From the NCBI GenBank assembly GCA_964016885.1, contig OZ024742.1:149296001-149360000 (forward strand): DNA of 64,000 bases, written 5' to 3'. The number at the start of each line of letters is the position of its first letter. Position 1 is the stretch's first letter. Origin of the DNA: Eledone cirrhosa. Lineage: Eukaryota. The notes under the pieces were generated by a model, which did not search any database, was not told the origin of the DNA, and was given only the letters and a program-made list of their open reading frames with translations. The position numbers were made by a program, and so were the translations under genes. Below are positions 27,761 through 41,256 of this stretch, piece after piece.

Positions 27761-28173
27761 GTTAAAAAAGAAACACACACACATAGAGTGTCACACTCCT
27801 TTCCTTGTCTGATGTAGGAGAACTCACTAAAGGTATTAGCGAGGGCCACCGCCACTATTCTTCGAAATACACAAGGATCAAGGAAAGTCACTGTAGCTTT
27901 GGCAAGGTACAAGTAGGTTAGCTTCTTTCTCTCAAGCGCCTGTGTGTCAGCTTCAGGTAGAGAAGCCCTTGCTTTAGAACTCAGTGCTACCATGCGTCAA
28001 AATATCTCATGTCCAAATTTCTATCATTAAGAAATACTCAATTACCTTTCATTTGTCAAAGCTTGTATGTACGTGTATGTGTGCATGGGTGTGCGTGCGT
28101 GTGTGTGTTTGTTTGTGTGTGTGTATGTGTGTGTGTGCGCGCGCGTGCGTGCGTGTGTGTGTGTATGTATGTA

Positions 28174-28210
<37 letters not shown>

Positions 28211-28459
28211 GTGTGTGTATGTGTGTATTTGTGTGTGTGTGCGCGCGCGTGTGTGTGTGTATGTGTGGACGTGTGTTTTGCCAGGACGAATGAAGGAACG
28301 TTTGCCGGGTCGGAGGCGGAAGACGGAGGGCGTCGTGTCGCGTCGGGGAACTTCGCCTCGCTTCGCGTATACACGCCGTCTTGCCGTCTGTCTTTCCCGG
28401 CAGTTACTCGTAAATGTACGGGTCGGCGGCGGAACAACATTTCAAGATCACAGCTCTGA

Positions 28460-28727
28460 CACTGCGGGCATGTGGTTAGAATGTCTCAGGAAAGAATCGC
28501 TGGACATATTTTACGAGTAAAACGAGCCAGCAGGAGACCCAGGGGTAGACCCTGAGCAAGATGGTTGGATAACAACCATGAGCTTGGCTGGTCTCGCTTG
28601 GGGATCCAGCCTGATCAATTGGAGACTGATACTTCTGACAGGACCTGCTGGAAGGAGTGTTTGAAGACTCTGCCCGCACGTCTCTCTCAGAAATAAGTGG
28701 TCGAAGAAGAAGAAGAAGAAGAAGAAG
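28460..28727 (+). mobile_element. RTE/Rex3-like LINE 3' end with (GAA)n tail
   Basis: GHVVRMS..RRPRGRP.ARWLD; similar to 22040-22233 and 43307-43420. Confidence 0.8.
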
Positions 28728-29618
28728 ATATGAACACTTAAAAATGGACTGTTATATCACAACCCAGAGGCGGTTTCAGGCAGATTGGTATCCAAAACAT
28801 TAATCAGGGTGGGTGTTATTTTTAAGGCCAACTAGGCAGCCACACAGGGCGCTGGCTTTAGAAAAGCGCTTTACTGAACCTTAAAGAATCACAGTTTTAT
28901 ACGAATTTTCATGAATTAATCAAATATATAATATCAGTAAATAAATCGCCTAACATTTTTGCTGCGTCGGAGTTGTGAAAATATTCAAAGGAGTGAAGGT
29001 ATGTTGTTATGCACAGAAACATGATATTTGATTGAGTGAGTTTGGTCTCTGTAGCGGAAAACGCAGGCTTAATAATTTTCATTGTGTGTTCAGATGAAGA
29101 AGTGTTAAAAACTAGGCTCTCCAGCTTAAGAAACCATTCATTAAAATGATTTTAATGAAAATGAGCCGTAAAACGTTGTAGAGTTAGCCTAATGTGGACA
29201 TTGTAGAACTATCCTAGGGTTCACATCTTGGAGCTAGCCAAGAGCGCACGTTGTAGATTTAGCCCAGGAGACTAAATACACAGGGGCTGATTCGGGAGTT
29301 AATCACACATTTATATAAATAGTTTTTTCATCGAACTACCTGTATGTAAGACGAGGTGTTTTCAAAGGGCATAAATCTAGGTCAGAGTTTGCCGTTACGT
29401 TTCATTATATATTTCTACATTTTCTTTGTCTATAATCACAAATTCCAGCCCATATGACTGCAAAGGAGCTGTTTACATTGAGAAAAATACACAGCCGGAT
29501 GCTTCTTAGGAATCTGTAGACAGTGAACTTATGCCTGACTGCATTTATAGTAACACCTACTGCTAGCGTCTTTATTTCTCACTTCCCTGTATCATTATAG
29601 ACCTGTGTTATGTACGCC

Positions 29619-29688
<70 letters not shown>

Positions 29689-29818
29689 GAGAGAGAAGTT
29701 GTCTCCATGTATGTATGCATGTATGTATGTATGTATGTATGTATGTATGTATGTATGTATGCATACATGTCAGTATGTATCTGTATTTATGTGTGTATTC
29801 ACAAACCAAAGATAAATG

Positions 29819-29863
<45 letters not shown>

Positions 29864-31431
29864 CATACATATTACATACATATACACGCGATACACATAC
29901 ATATTACATACATATACACGCGATACACATACATAAATAATAATAAAACAAGTGTGAATGAAGATAGCAGGTGTGTCGTGTATCGGTATATAAGACTTCA
30001 TGTGAAACTGAAACCATGTCCATACGTAGTCACCCACATACACCCCACACACTCATATGGACATACACACATCACACTCACTGGCACATATACATACCGA
30101 CACACATACAATCACAGACACATATAGACATAGGCTCACACACGCACGCACAAACACACACACATGTAGTTACAGACAGACTGACACATGAATATGTAAA
30201 TTCAATCAGGTGGTTGTGTTAGAGTAGCGGTTTCCCAACTGGGATAGAGCGACACTCTAAGGTGCCGTGCTCTGTCGTTAAGGTGGTGTCGTAAGCTCTT
30301 ATTTATATTTCATTACTATTCTGTATTCGGACAATAAGGGTATAGTTTGGCCATGTTACAGACACGTTAGAAATCCCAGTATTAGAGATTCACAAAGAAA
30401 AGGTGAGACAATTGACAGAAAATTGAATGTACATACTTAGAGAAACCCTTAATATAAACCCGAATATTTTTTAGCGATATCATTTTGTATTAATACAAAA
30501 CATGACCTATGGAAAATAACCCAAGTGGGCCAATGGTATGATTTTAGACAATTTAGTTTGGTGGTGATGTAATGAATGACGTTCGCAAAAATCTAAATGA
30601 ATTGAAAGTTCTCTTTTAGTTTGAGAAAGAGCATAAAAGCATAACGACGATTGTCAAGCACTCTTAAAGAAAAAGGGACATAATTTGTAGACATTAAGGA
30701 TTAATTTCATCCAAATTTAAGTTTTCATGATAAGGGGGGAAAATTTGATGTTTGTTAGCTGGCAAGTAAAATAATTGCTTCTAATTTAGGTAGAAGACCA
30801 GCAATATTAGAGGAGGGGAAATCTATTAAACCAGCCCCAGTACTTTATTTTATCGACCCAGAACGCAAAGGATTGTAATAAATGCCACAAAATATTTTGT
30901 CTGACACTCTATCAATTCTGCCAGTCCACCACCCCCAGGCAAGTAAAATAATAAAAGAATTAAAGAAAAATTGCTTTACATCTGCTATATTTATATTTAG
31001 GAAAGATTGATTAAGCCCTAAACATGAACAGACGTTACAAATTATTATTGTTTTTTTTTCTTACGAGATGTCTCCCTTGGTGGAGAATTATTACTGCATT
31101 GGAAGGAGATATTAAATTATGTCCCCTCGAGTTTTTTGAAAAACATTAGATACATGTTGTTTCATGGCTCCAGCAGACGGAATCGCGAGTGTGTTATCCA
31201 GGAGGATAAATTTCGCGAGGCTTGTTTTTGCAGACACCCATCTCTGCCATGATCGCAGTAAGAAGTTGGTTCAGGAACCCAGCCGCCTGACATTTTCACC
31301 GTTATGGGATCGACAATAAAGCTTCAGACGTTAATTAATTATAGAAACTTTTGACTGAATTCTAATTGTTTGTTTGAAAGGTTCGATCTCTGTCTCCTCT
31401 CTTTGATTTTTACTGTCATATTATTATTAGT

Positions 31432-31715
31432 AAAGAGGGGAATTGACACAATCGTTAGAACGTCGGATAGAATGATTTGCGGTATTCGTTCCAGCTCTTT
31501 GCACTCAAGGAGTTCAAAATCCGACGAGATAAACTTTGCTTTCATCCTATGAGGTCGATAGAAAAAGTACTAGTTCAATCCTCTCTCTCCTCTGGTAGAA
31601 ATCGTCTGATTTCAGACCTGGAGAAGGAATGGGCTCCACCCAGTTAAAATGCCCAAGTCAAGCTGTCTATCACTACGGTGCACCTACAACTCTATTAGAA
31701 GTTACAGATCTATAC
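31432..31715 (+). mobile_element. Diverged SINE with 3' extension
   Basis: Similar to 3997-4310. Confidence 0.65.
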
Positions 31716-32304
31716 ATATATTATTGCTGGTATTAATTTGCTGTAGAGATTATAAGTTATATACACACCACAGAGTTTTGAGTATATGGTGTCAGATGCG
31801 GTTTATTTTCAACACAGTATACGGTCAGGCCAGAGAGTTTGTCACATACTTATATAGAAAAGAAATACAAAAATGCTCCGATTACTGAGTAGAAGGTGTC
31901 AGATGCTGTTGACATTTAATACAATATACTGAAAACAATGAGTTACAAAAGAAGCAAATATTTCTGGTTGCTTTTATATAATAGAAACTTGATCTCCAAG
32001 TCGTAGAAATTAAGATACGTATGTAAAAACATACATAATATAGATATATACACTGGAACATACAGACACAAATGTAATAGGTATACACGCACACAGATGT
32101 CTCCTCCCCCACATACAGACACGGAGACACATAAACATACTGTAATTACAAACAAACAACAGTTACAAAGGCCTTAACACTAAGATTAAACTAATGTGAA
32201 TATAATGTATAGCTGAAAACAGCATCGCACTACAATATACTGCAGGTTCATCTGTCGAGTTTTCAGAAATGAATGAGGATCACAAGTAAATACATTACCT
32301 ATAT

Positions 32305-32650
32305 GAGACCTATCAACTCTCCCCGTCCATCAAAATGGCTATAGTTTTCATCTTGTAAAATCTCCCCATTTTGCTTCATTTCTCCCTGTTTTGGAGCACT
32401 TTTTTTTTCATGGTCCTCCCCGTTTGGGCTTTTAGAGGTTGGCAGGTCTGATATATAATTCTTTCTAGCATTGGCACAAGGCCAGATATTTGGGTAAAAC
32501 GATACCAGTACTTAACTGGTAATTTATTTTATCAACCTCTGAAGGGGGAAAGGCTAAGCTGGACGCGATAGGATTTGAAATCAAAACGGAAGAAGCCGTA
32601 ACAAATACTGCTAAGCATTTGTCCGACGCTCTAATGACTCTGACCGCTCA
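32305..32650. mobile_element. CAGACCTG MITE followed by a diverged SINE (minus)
   Basis: Similarity to 22517-22690 and to the SINE body. Confidence 0.65.
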
Positions 32651-33322
32651 GGCATATATAATGAACGCTAGATTTGAGGAATAATGTGAGTGAACAATAG
32701 GGGGATGAGTAACGAAGGGAAGGGCATACCGAGAGCATGCCGACTCGAAAGTTAAATCAGAGAAATGTGATCACTTTGAATTATATTTCTATCAATGAAA
32801 GGATCAGGTTGCGTACGACCGCAGGAAAATTACAGTCATAGGAAGAAATAACTCTCCTCGTTTTATAATATAAAATAAGATAATAATAAAATAAAATAAA
32901 ACAGACAACGAAAATAATGACCTTGAGATCAAGGATGAAAACAATATAAATAACTTCTGGCAGTGAAGTTTAAATAAAAAAGAAATAAAGGAAATTTGCC
33001 AGGGGTGCCATCTACAGGGATTTAGGTAAATGCATTAAGGGATCGTATATTAAATTATTTACATAAAAAATCCTCAATTAATTGAATTTTTCCTCTTATT
33101 TGGAGAAAGAAAACAAAATTTAGTGGTAAATGTACCAGCTAAAGAATCCTGAGAGTAGATGGACTCCACCAGGTTTAAAACACCAAAAATGGCGTCCTTA
33201 CTAAATAAATGAGGTTAGAATTTCGAGATATTGAGTATTAATCTAATAAAATTAATTTTATTTCTTTAGGGAAATTCTGATATTTGTTTGTGTGTAAAGT
33301 GTTATTTCGACCACCGTAAATA

Positions 33323-33422
33323 CAGGGTGTCCCCACAAAATGTATACACACTTTGATTACCTGTGTAAACAATATTTATTAGAATGCTGTTGAAGAGTGT
33401 ATACATTTTTGGGGACACCCTG
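33323..33422. mobile_element. Tc1/mariner-type MITE
   Basis: TA|CAGGGTGTCCCCA..TGGGGACACCCTG|TA; partial copy at 54355-54424. Confidence 0.85.
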
Positions 33423-33612
33423 TATATACAAATATATGCATACATATAAGCACGCACACACACACACATACACACTCTCTCACACACACACAAAATGAAA
33501 TACGCTCATTTAAACAATGTGTTTACTACCTATTAATGTGTCAACGTGTCACGGTGTATTGCCTTTAGCACCAGAAACAATTCATTATACATTTAAACAC
33601 AGATTCACTACC

Positions 33613-33753
<141 letters not shown>

Positions 33754-34288
33754 TCACACATTTACATGTTCACTCATCCATACACTGATGCTAACACTTA
33801 TGAAGGGTTCCTCGTGAATTATTGGAGGATATCCGATAACACTTCATCATCGTCATTGTCATAGTTGCTTTGGTCGACGCCGACATCAAGAGCAATATTG
33901 TTATCTGTTCAGAAAGATCTAACTGTTAAAGAAAGCACAATTTTCATGAATGTTGAGGTACTTCTCAAAGAGATTCAGCGCGACACAATGTATGAGAAGG
34001 CTGGCGCCGTGAATTACAGGTAAAATTCATTTTTGCCTGTTGAGTGAACTGGAGCAACATGAAATAAAGTGTCTTGCTCAAGGACACAACGCGTCATCCA
34101 TGCTTTCACTCTGTTTGAATGATATACGACTTAATGAGCATTTACACAAACATACTTTATTTGAAGAAATTACACATAGAAGACATGTAATGGCTGGTAC
34201 TGTGTGACTATAGTTGTTGTCAACCTCGATCAAGGAAACCTATAATCGAAAGGAATTCCCGCTGTAACCACCTTGACTTTCTTAGGGT

Positions 34289-34328
<40 letters not shown>

Positions 34329-34509
34329 TTAAAAGAATGAAGAATGACATGGTCAGCTGTACAATAGGGTTTATTTAAAGTATTAACAATTGCTTCATTA
34401 GTCCGGTGTGTCTAAACGTCGCTAATCGTTAGAAGTCACGTCACTTGACTTTAATTACAGTTGATACCCGACCAAATCGTCAGAATACTGATTTTTGTAC
34501 ATGCGCTAG

Positions 34510-34545
<36 letters not shown>

Positions 34546-34642
34546 TTTCCTAAATGTCCTTTTTCATATTTAATAGGGTATGGTGTGATCTGAGGGATAT
34601 TTGCTTGCTATTTCTTCGATGACTAATATTATGTACCTATCA

Positions 34643-34699
<57 letters not shown>

Positions 34700-35538
34700 A
34701 CAGGGAGAAAGAGACGATTATGAGGAAGAAAAAAATATTTTTTTCCTTTTTTGTTTCTCCCTCTCTTTTTTTCTGGGTTAGAAAATGATTAAAACGAAAT
34801 GTTTTACTTTGTGTGAAGTGTTAAGGTATTAGTTGATTTATTTATTATTTAGCAATGGCATTTATTTATCTATTTATATATTTAATTATTGTCTATTACC
34901 GGTTTCAGCATTTATATGCATTATCAAATGATAGTGAAATGTATTAGTGTGGTGTCGCACATGTTAAACAGAAGGTGCAGAAAGAATAATGTTATTTACA
35001 AACAAGTTTTAAGAAGTGAAAAGAAAAAAGAAAAAGGAAAAAAAACGTGCATAATGTGGAACGTAAAAAGTCAATGTGGAAGAAAAAATAATGTTATTTA
35101 CAAGTACAGTCATTGAAGTTAAGCAGATCAATATGTATTAATATAGCAAGAGTGCTTAGTTGAACCAGGGTTCCGTGATGGAGGCAAATGGTGGACTGAG
35201 GTTTGATATGATTTCCCTTTTTAGAGAGTTAATATGCAGGGGAAAGCAATTCTTGCTGGGTGATATTTAATTTATTTAAGAAAAAGGATTAGGTAGGGTG
35301 TGAGCGAGGTAACTCTTGTAAATGTTTGATGGTTTGTTACAGTTTTAGATTGGTCCGATTTTTAGAGCATTGAGTAGTGGTTGAAATTTATTAATGAAAT
35401 GTGTTTCTTTATTGGTATGTTGGATGAAAGTAGCGTTGTCTCTGAATTTGTAAATGGGGAAAATTTTAAAGTTTGGATGTTGGTTGAGAGCACAATTGGC
35501 GATATGTTAACTAAATGCAATCTTTCTGAATAGAGATA

Positions 35539-35728
35539 AGGGCGGTGGATTGGCAGTATCGGTAGAGGGTCGGACGCCATGCTTTCCAGTATAGTTTCGT
35601 CCCTTTACGATCTGAGTTCAAATCCCGCCGAGGTTGACTTTGCCTTTCATCCTTACGGGGTCGATGAAATAAAGTACCAGTAATGCAATGAGTAATTGCT
35701 GGCCTTGTGCCTAAAGTAGAAACAATTA
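35539..35728 (+). mobile_element. tRNA-derived SINE at the PLE inversion junction
   Basis: Family consensus. Confidence 0.9.
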
Positions 35729-35882
35729 TATTTTCTTCCACATTGACTTTTTACGTTCCACATTATGAACGTTTTTTTTCCTTACTCTTTTTTCTTTTCA
35801 CTTCTTAAACCTTGTTTGTAAATTACATTATTCCTTCTGCACCTTCTGTTTAACATGTACGACACCACACTAATACATTTCA

Positions 35883-35924
35883 CTATTATTTGATAATGCA
35901 TATAAATGCTGAAACCGGTAATAG
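35883..35924 (+). ncRNA. Minimal type I hammerhead, U3:A8 core (mirror copy 34893-34934 minus)
   Basis: tat-TTGATAA-t-gcat-ataa-atgc-t-GAAAC-cg-GTA-ata; stem III palindrome ACCGGT. Confidence 0.7.
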
Positions 35925-36170
35925 ACAATAGTTAAATATATAAATAGATAAATAAATGGCATTGTTAAATAATAAATAAATCAACTAAAACCTTAACACT
36001 TCACACAAAGTAAAACATTTCGTTTTAATCATTTTCTAACCCAGAAAAAAGAGAGAGAGAAACAAAAAAGGGAAAAAATATAATTTTCTTTCTCATAATC
36101 GTCTCTTTCTCCCTGTTTTCATATATATATATATATATCCTAACTCGTGTGCTTCCTCTCCACATTTGAT

Positions 36171-36288
<118 letters not shown>

Positions 36289-36433
36289 GTATATATATAT
36301 AGTACGTATTTTCCCCTAAATATTTTGTGCTTTATATATGTACAAAATACTATGTGTTTATTAAACGATATATGGCTCTTTCTTTCTCTCTCTATACATA
36401 TATCTTTTAATTAGAATTATATATATATAATAA

Positions 36434-37395
36434 TCTATATATAGAAAACTGAGGATGTCTGTCTGTGTGTGTGTTTGTGTGAGTTTGAATCCCTAAAACT
36501 CGAGAAGAATCCAACCGACTGTTTTCAAACTTTACATTTGTATTACTTATGTTTCAGGGAGTGTTATGCACATAAAAAATTCAACTTTTTGATCCCCTAG
36601 GGCCCCCATTAGGTGAAAAACTGCGTTTTTTCAGGTTTTCAGTTTTTTTTGAGGCGTTACGTCAGACTGATTTCCTTAAAATTGTAACTATGTATTAGTC
36701 AGTCTCTTCTTCATACCGTGAGCAAAGAAAATCCAACTTTTTTATGGCATAGGGCCCGCATTAGGTGAAAAACTTCATTTTTAAAGCGTTTTAGGGCTTT
36801 TTTGATCTAGCTAATTTTCCCGAAATTTCAAGGCATATTATGCACATAAAAAAATCATTTTCTTGATCTCCTAGGGCCCGCATTAGGCGAAACCCTGCAT
36901 GGCGGACAGATCTGACACCCAGCGGCATCAGGGCCACCATCTTGCAACTTTGGTCTGCTAAATTCGCTATTGGAAGATTATTAACCCATCATTGACTGGC
37001 CAAAATGCTAATTGGTTCGTAACTATTAATAACCGGTTCAACTGCTTTATGCACCTAATTGCTAAGTTTATTCGCTTTCAAGCCACGTTTACCTGTATGT
37101 AACTTTTCATAACAAATGAACAAACCCAAGCAACGCCGGGCTAAACTGCTAGTTATGAATAAACGATTTGTGTAACATCACCATCTTTCTTAATGTTATT
37201 ATTATTCTTGATCCCTAGGGCCCGCATTAGGTGAAAACCTGCATTTTTCCTGCTTCATCGAGGAAAATCTTAAAGATTATCCAGCCATCAGAGTATTCGG
37301 TTTATTTTCTTTACATATTGTCCAGGCATGTAGTTTTTCCACGATTAGGTCTTCCAAAATACCTTATCCCGTGCAACGCCGGGTACCACTGCTAG
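36434..37395 (+). mobile_element. Non-autonomous Helitron with two successive 3' ends
   Basis: A|TC start; hairpin ccc..gcaacgccggg plus CTAG|T at 37152 and again at 37395; internal repeats tagggcccgcattaggtgaaa. Confidence 0.8.
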
Positions 37396-37397
37396 TA

Positions 37398-37437
<40 letters not shown>

Positions 37438-37869
37438 TTCCTTGCATATACTGTACCGATTGTGTTGTTATTTATGTTTACCTTTTACATACATACATGT
37501 ATATATATATATATATATAAGCTATGTGACTCCGTGGACAGACAAAGCAACTGTGCCCTTTTCTTATTTGATAAGGTATGGTTTGAGGTGAAGGATATTT
37601 GGTTGCTATTTCCTCCTTGACTAGTATTATGTGTCTATTGTTAAGGTTGCTATCACACCTGTTTCAGTTGTTTCATGTCAGTAGGTCACGGGTACCTAAG
37701 ACCATAATAGTCGTTGTCCTGGGGTAAGGATCTCGGATGAAAGGAATGTATTAGATAATGGTGATGTGAAAAGAAAGTTATGAGGGAATAAAAAAGTCGA
37801 AATTAAATGAATGAGAGAAAATTACTTTGTTAGCCATAGGGGACAGCTATACTTTATAGCTTTTAAAGA

Positions 37870-38200
37870 GATAGATAAATAGATAGATAGATAGAGAAAG
37901 AGAGAGAGAGAGAGAGAGTGAGAGAGGAAGAGGAAGAGGGGGGGGAGTAGAGGAAGGGGGAGAGAGAGTAAGAGTGAGGGAGAGGGAGAGAGAAGTAGAA
38001 AGATGATAAAGAAGGAAAAAGCAGTAGAGTGAAAAAGAGAGAAAGAAAGAGATAGTGATAAAGTGAGAACGAAGGAGAGACAGAGAGAGAGAGTGAGGCT
38101 GGGGAGAAATTGAGAGAGAGAGGGAGAGAGAAAGTGAGAGAGATAGTAATAAAGTGAGAACGAGGGCGAGACAGAGAGAGAGTGAAGCTGGGGAGAAATT

Positions 38201-38288
<88 letters not shown>

Positions 38289-38295
38289 AAGAGAT
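37870..38295. repeat. (GA)n/purine-rich low-complexity tract
   Basis: Seen directly. Confidence 0.9.
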
Positions 38296-38809
38296 AGCTT
38301 GTTTGATAGGAAGAGGACAGACTTCCTTCCTATCATATGTTATGTACCAGTATCTCTCTTATTTAGATGTTTCTTTTTATAGGGGGTTGTAAATCAAACG
38401 TTGGTTGAACAGGAACATTATCTTGTATTACCATAGTTTAATTTCGTTTGAATAGCTTCTTAGAAATACCCAGAGACGCCCCCATCCCTCCAAAAGACAA
38501 AAAGCAAAAAAACAAAACAAAAAAACCCCAACAATAACAACAACAAAAAGACAAACAAAAAGAAAAACAAAAAGAAAACGAAAAATTAAAATAAACTTGT
38601 GTGTAAGATGTCCGTGTAGTTAAGAAGTCCACTACGTGGTTTCAGGTTTGAAATATATAGCTAGAAATAAGAAAAGAATCGTTGAGAGTGAGAGAAAATG
38701 TAACACTGAGAACGGAAAAAAGGGAACCGAAAAGGTATAGAAAAAAAAAAGAAGAAAGGAGAAAAATGTAATATTTATGTGCTGGACGAATCACACAACG
38801 AATGTTCTA

Positions 38810-39072
38810 GATGTTCGACCAACGGAACAGCTTGTCAATGAAATTAAAGTACAAGTGGCTGGGCATTTCTCAGACACAATTACTAACTACCCTTAACTTA
38901 ATTCACATTGAGATTTAGAGTGGCGCAGTGTATGACAAAGCTCACCATTTGAATTACATATACAACTCATTTTTGTCAGTTGAGTGGACTGGGGCAGCAT
39001 GAAATAATGTCTTGTTCAAGGATATAACGCACGGTTTTAAGTTCGTGAGCAAAACATCCTAACCACTAAGCC
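38810..39072 (-). mobile_element. Second SINE family copy
   Basis: Reverse complement similar to 62018-62320; another copy near 33950-34095. Confidence 0.6.
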
Positions 39073-39556
39073 ACATATACTGTAGAAAAGTTTAAATATA
39101 TAAAACAATACTGGACATATTTTGAGCTATTACTAACAGTAATGTCAAGCAATGCAGTAGTAGTGTTTCAAATACTTTTTTAAGCACCACATCAACCCCA
39201 GTCATCACTGACGATAATGAAAATAGTCCAAATGTTCTAAATGTAGTCTGTTCCAAGCCTGGAGGGACATCAGGCTGATGTTTATCCCAATTTCACTCGT
39301 GTTAAGCGACTTAACCCATGTACATGCTACAGACTGAATTTAATTTTATCATATGAATTCAAAGAATATATAGGAATTGTTATATTTATGTGAAAAAAAA
39401 CCCCAAAACGCGGAGCTGATGCGTTTAAAATGAACATAAAATTCCATAAAATAAGTTATTTTTTCTAATTAAAAACGTTCTACAGTCTTCTTATATTTAT
39501 AGTTGAGTAATTTTAAACTTAAGAATAAATAAAAGTTGTGTGTACTGTATATCCTA

Positions 39557-39609
<53 letters not shown>

Positions 39610-39686
39610 TGAGATTCTACAGGACCAGAACTGTTTCATTCATTAGAAATCATCATGTGGTTACCTCCGATTCAACCCGGAATAAC

Positions 39687-39782
<96 letters not shown>

Positions 39783-40339
39783 CAAAATGGCGAGCTGTGT
39801 TGTTGCAATTAAGTATAATAAAAAAAAAAATTATATATATATTTGATGCCACATTATAGTTAAAATGAAAACGTCTTAAAACTTGCGAAACAGCTATGAC
39901 ATTAGTCCCAATCACAAAGTTTTAAGTAACCAGCCAAGTTTGTTGGCGAACTCCATTATTTATAACTAATTCGGGATAACACTGATACAGTAAATATGTA
40001 AACAGAGAAAAAACAAAACAAAGAGAAGAAACTGAGAATCTACAAACAGAAAATGAATTTTATCAGCCACAGGTTGAGAAAATAGAATACCAAAATAACA
40101 CAACAGGAGGAGAAGCACAAAAATCAACTTTTTAAAACATAGAAAGAAAAAGTGGATTCCATCAAACGTAAATAGAAGAAAATCAAGAACTATTCCATAG
40201 CATGCTTTTGTCTACAATTGTACTTCTTTCCAGAAGAATGCAGCTAGTACGCTCTACAACAATGTAGCCAACGTTTAAAGACGTAAAATTGTTTGCCATT
40301 TAATTCAAAAGGTGATCCAAAAGGTAATCTGAAAATAAT

Positions 40340-40524
40340 TGTTTCTACTTTAGGCACAAGGCCAGCAATTACCCAGTACATTACTGGTACTTTATTTTAT
40401 CGACCCCGTAAGGATGAAAGGCAAAGTTAACCTCGGCGGGATTTGAACTCAGACTGTAAAGGGACGTAACTATGCTAGAAAGCATGGCGTCCAACCTTCT
40501 ACCGATACTGCCAATTCACCGCCC
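40340..40524 (-). mobile_element. Full-length SINE with target-site duplication
   Basis: taatctgaaaataat at 40325-40339 and 40525-40539. Confidence 0.92.
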
Positions 40525-40609
40525 TAATCTGAAAATAATGTTACTTGAAATTGGTTAACAGTGAAAGTTAAAACGAAATATTTCAGGTTGTTTCTTACAA
40601 GATTTGTTA

Positions 40610-40740
40610 GGCTTTTTCAACACAAAGAACAAGTGTGAGCCTCGCGAGCTGGAATCGCTCTTCCAGTGCGTCTTCCTCACCATCCTCCGGGGAAACACCT
40701 TCTCTATTCTGTCCACCGGGGCCACGGGGCGGCCAGCGCG
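40610..40740 (+). mobile_element. CRE-like retrotransposon C-terminal fragment
   Basis: EPRELESLFQCVFLTILRGNTFSIL. Confidence 0.6.
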
Positions 40741-41071
40741 TGGTACCCCATTGGTTCATAATAGTGAGAAATGGGGAGAGTGGTAGTTTGGTTCTTTTAC
40801 GTTCGGATCTGGTGTATATGTACACGGACACACACTCATATATGTAACATTTTCAACTACCTTTAAAACCGTTACTCACACTTACTATTTTTACATTACA
40901 AAACAGGATGTCTATATTATCTTAGTGCCTGGAGTTTGGTACCAAATGCGAAAGATGTATTAAAATATTTAGTCTTTCAGAGCATCATTAAAATAACACA
41001 AAGTTTCATTCATGCAGCGAAACATGATGGATGATGTGGTAAGTGGTTTTACAACAGAGTGAATTCAGCAA

Positions 41072-41256
41072 AATAATTGTTTCTACTTTTGGCACAAGGC
41101 CAGCAATTATCCCAGTGTATTACTGGTACTTTATTTTATCTACCCCGTAAGGATGAAAGGCAAAGTTAACCTCGGCGGGATTTGAACTCAAACCATAAAG
41201 GGCCGTAATTCTTTGCTGCAAAGCATGGCGTCCGACCCTCTACCGATACTGCCAAT
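41072..41256 (-). mobile_element. tRNA-derived SINE
   Basis: Family consensus. Confidence 0.9.

Larger units (their letters stand above)
34695..36121 (-). mobile_element. Penelope-like element remnant with inverted terminal copy (arms about 34695-35085 and 35737-36121)
   Basis: Long inverted repeat in (TA)n; 35360-35535(-) reads HIANCALNQHPNFKIFPIYKF..KETHFINKFQPLLN, a PLE endonuclease-type C-terminus; hammerhead fold in each arm. Confidence 0.85.
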
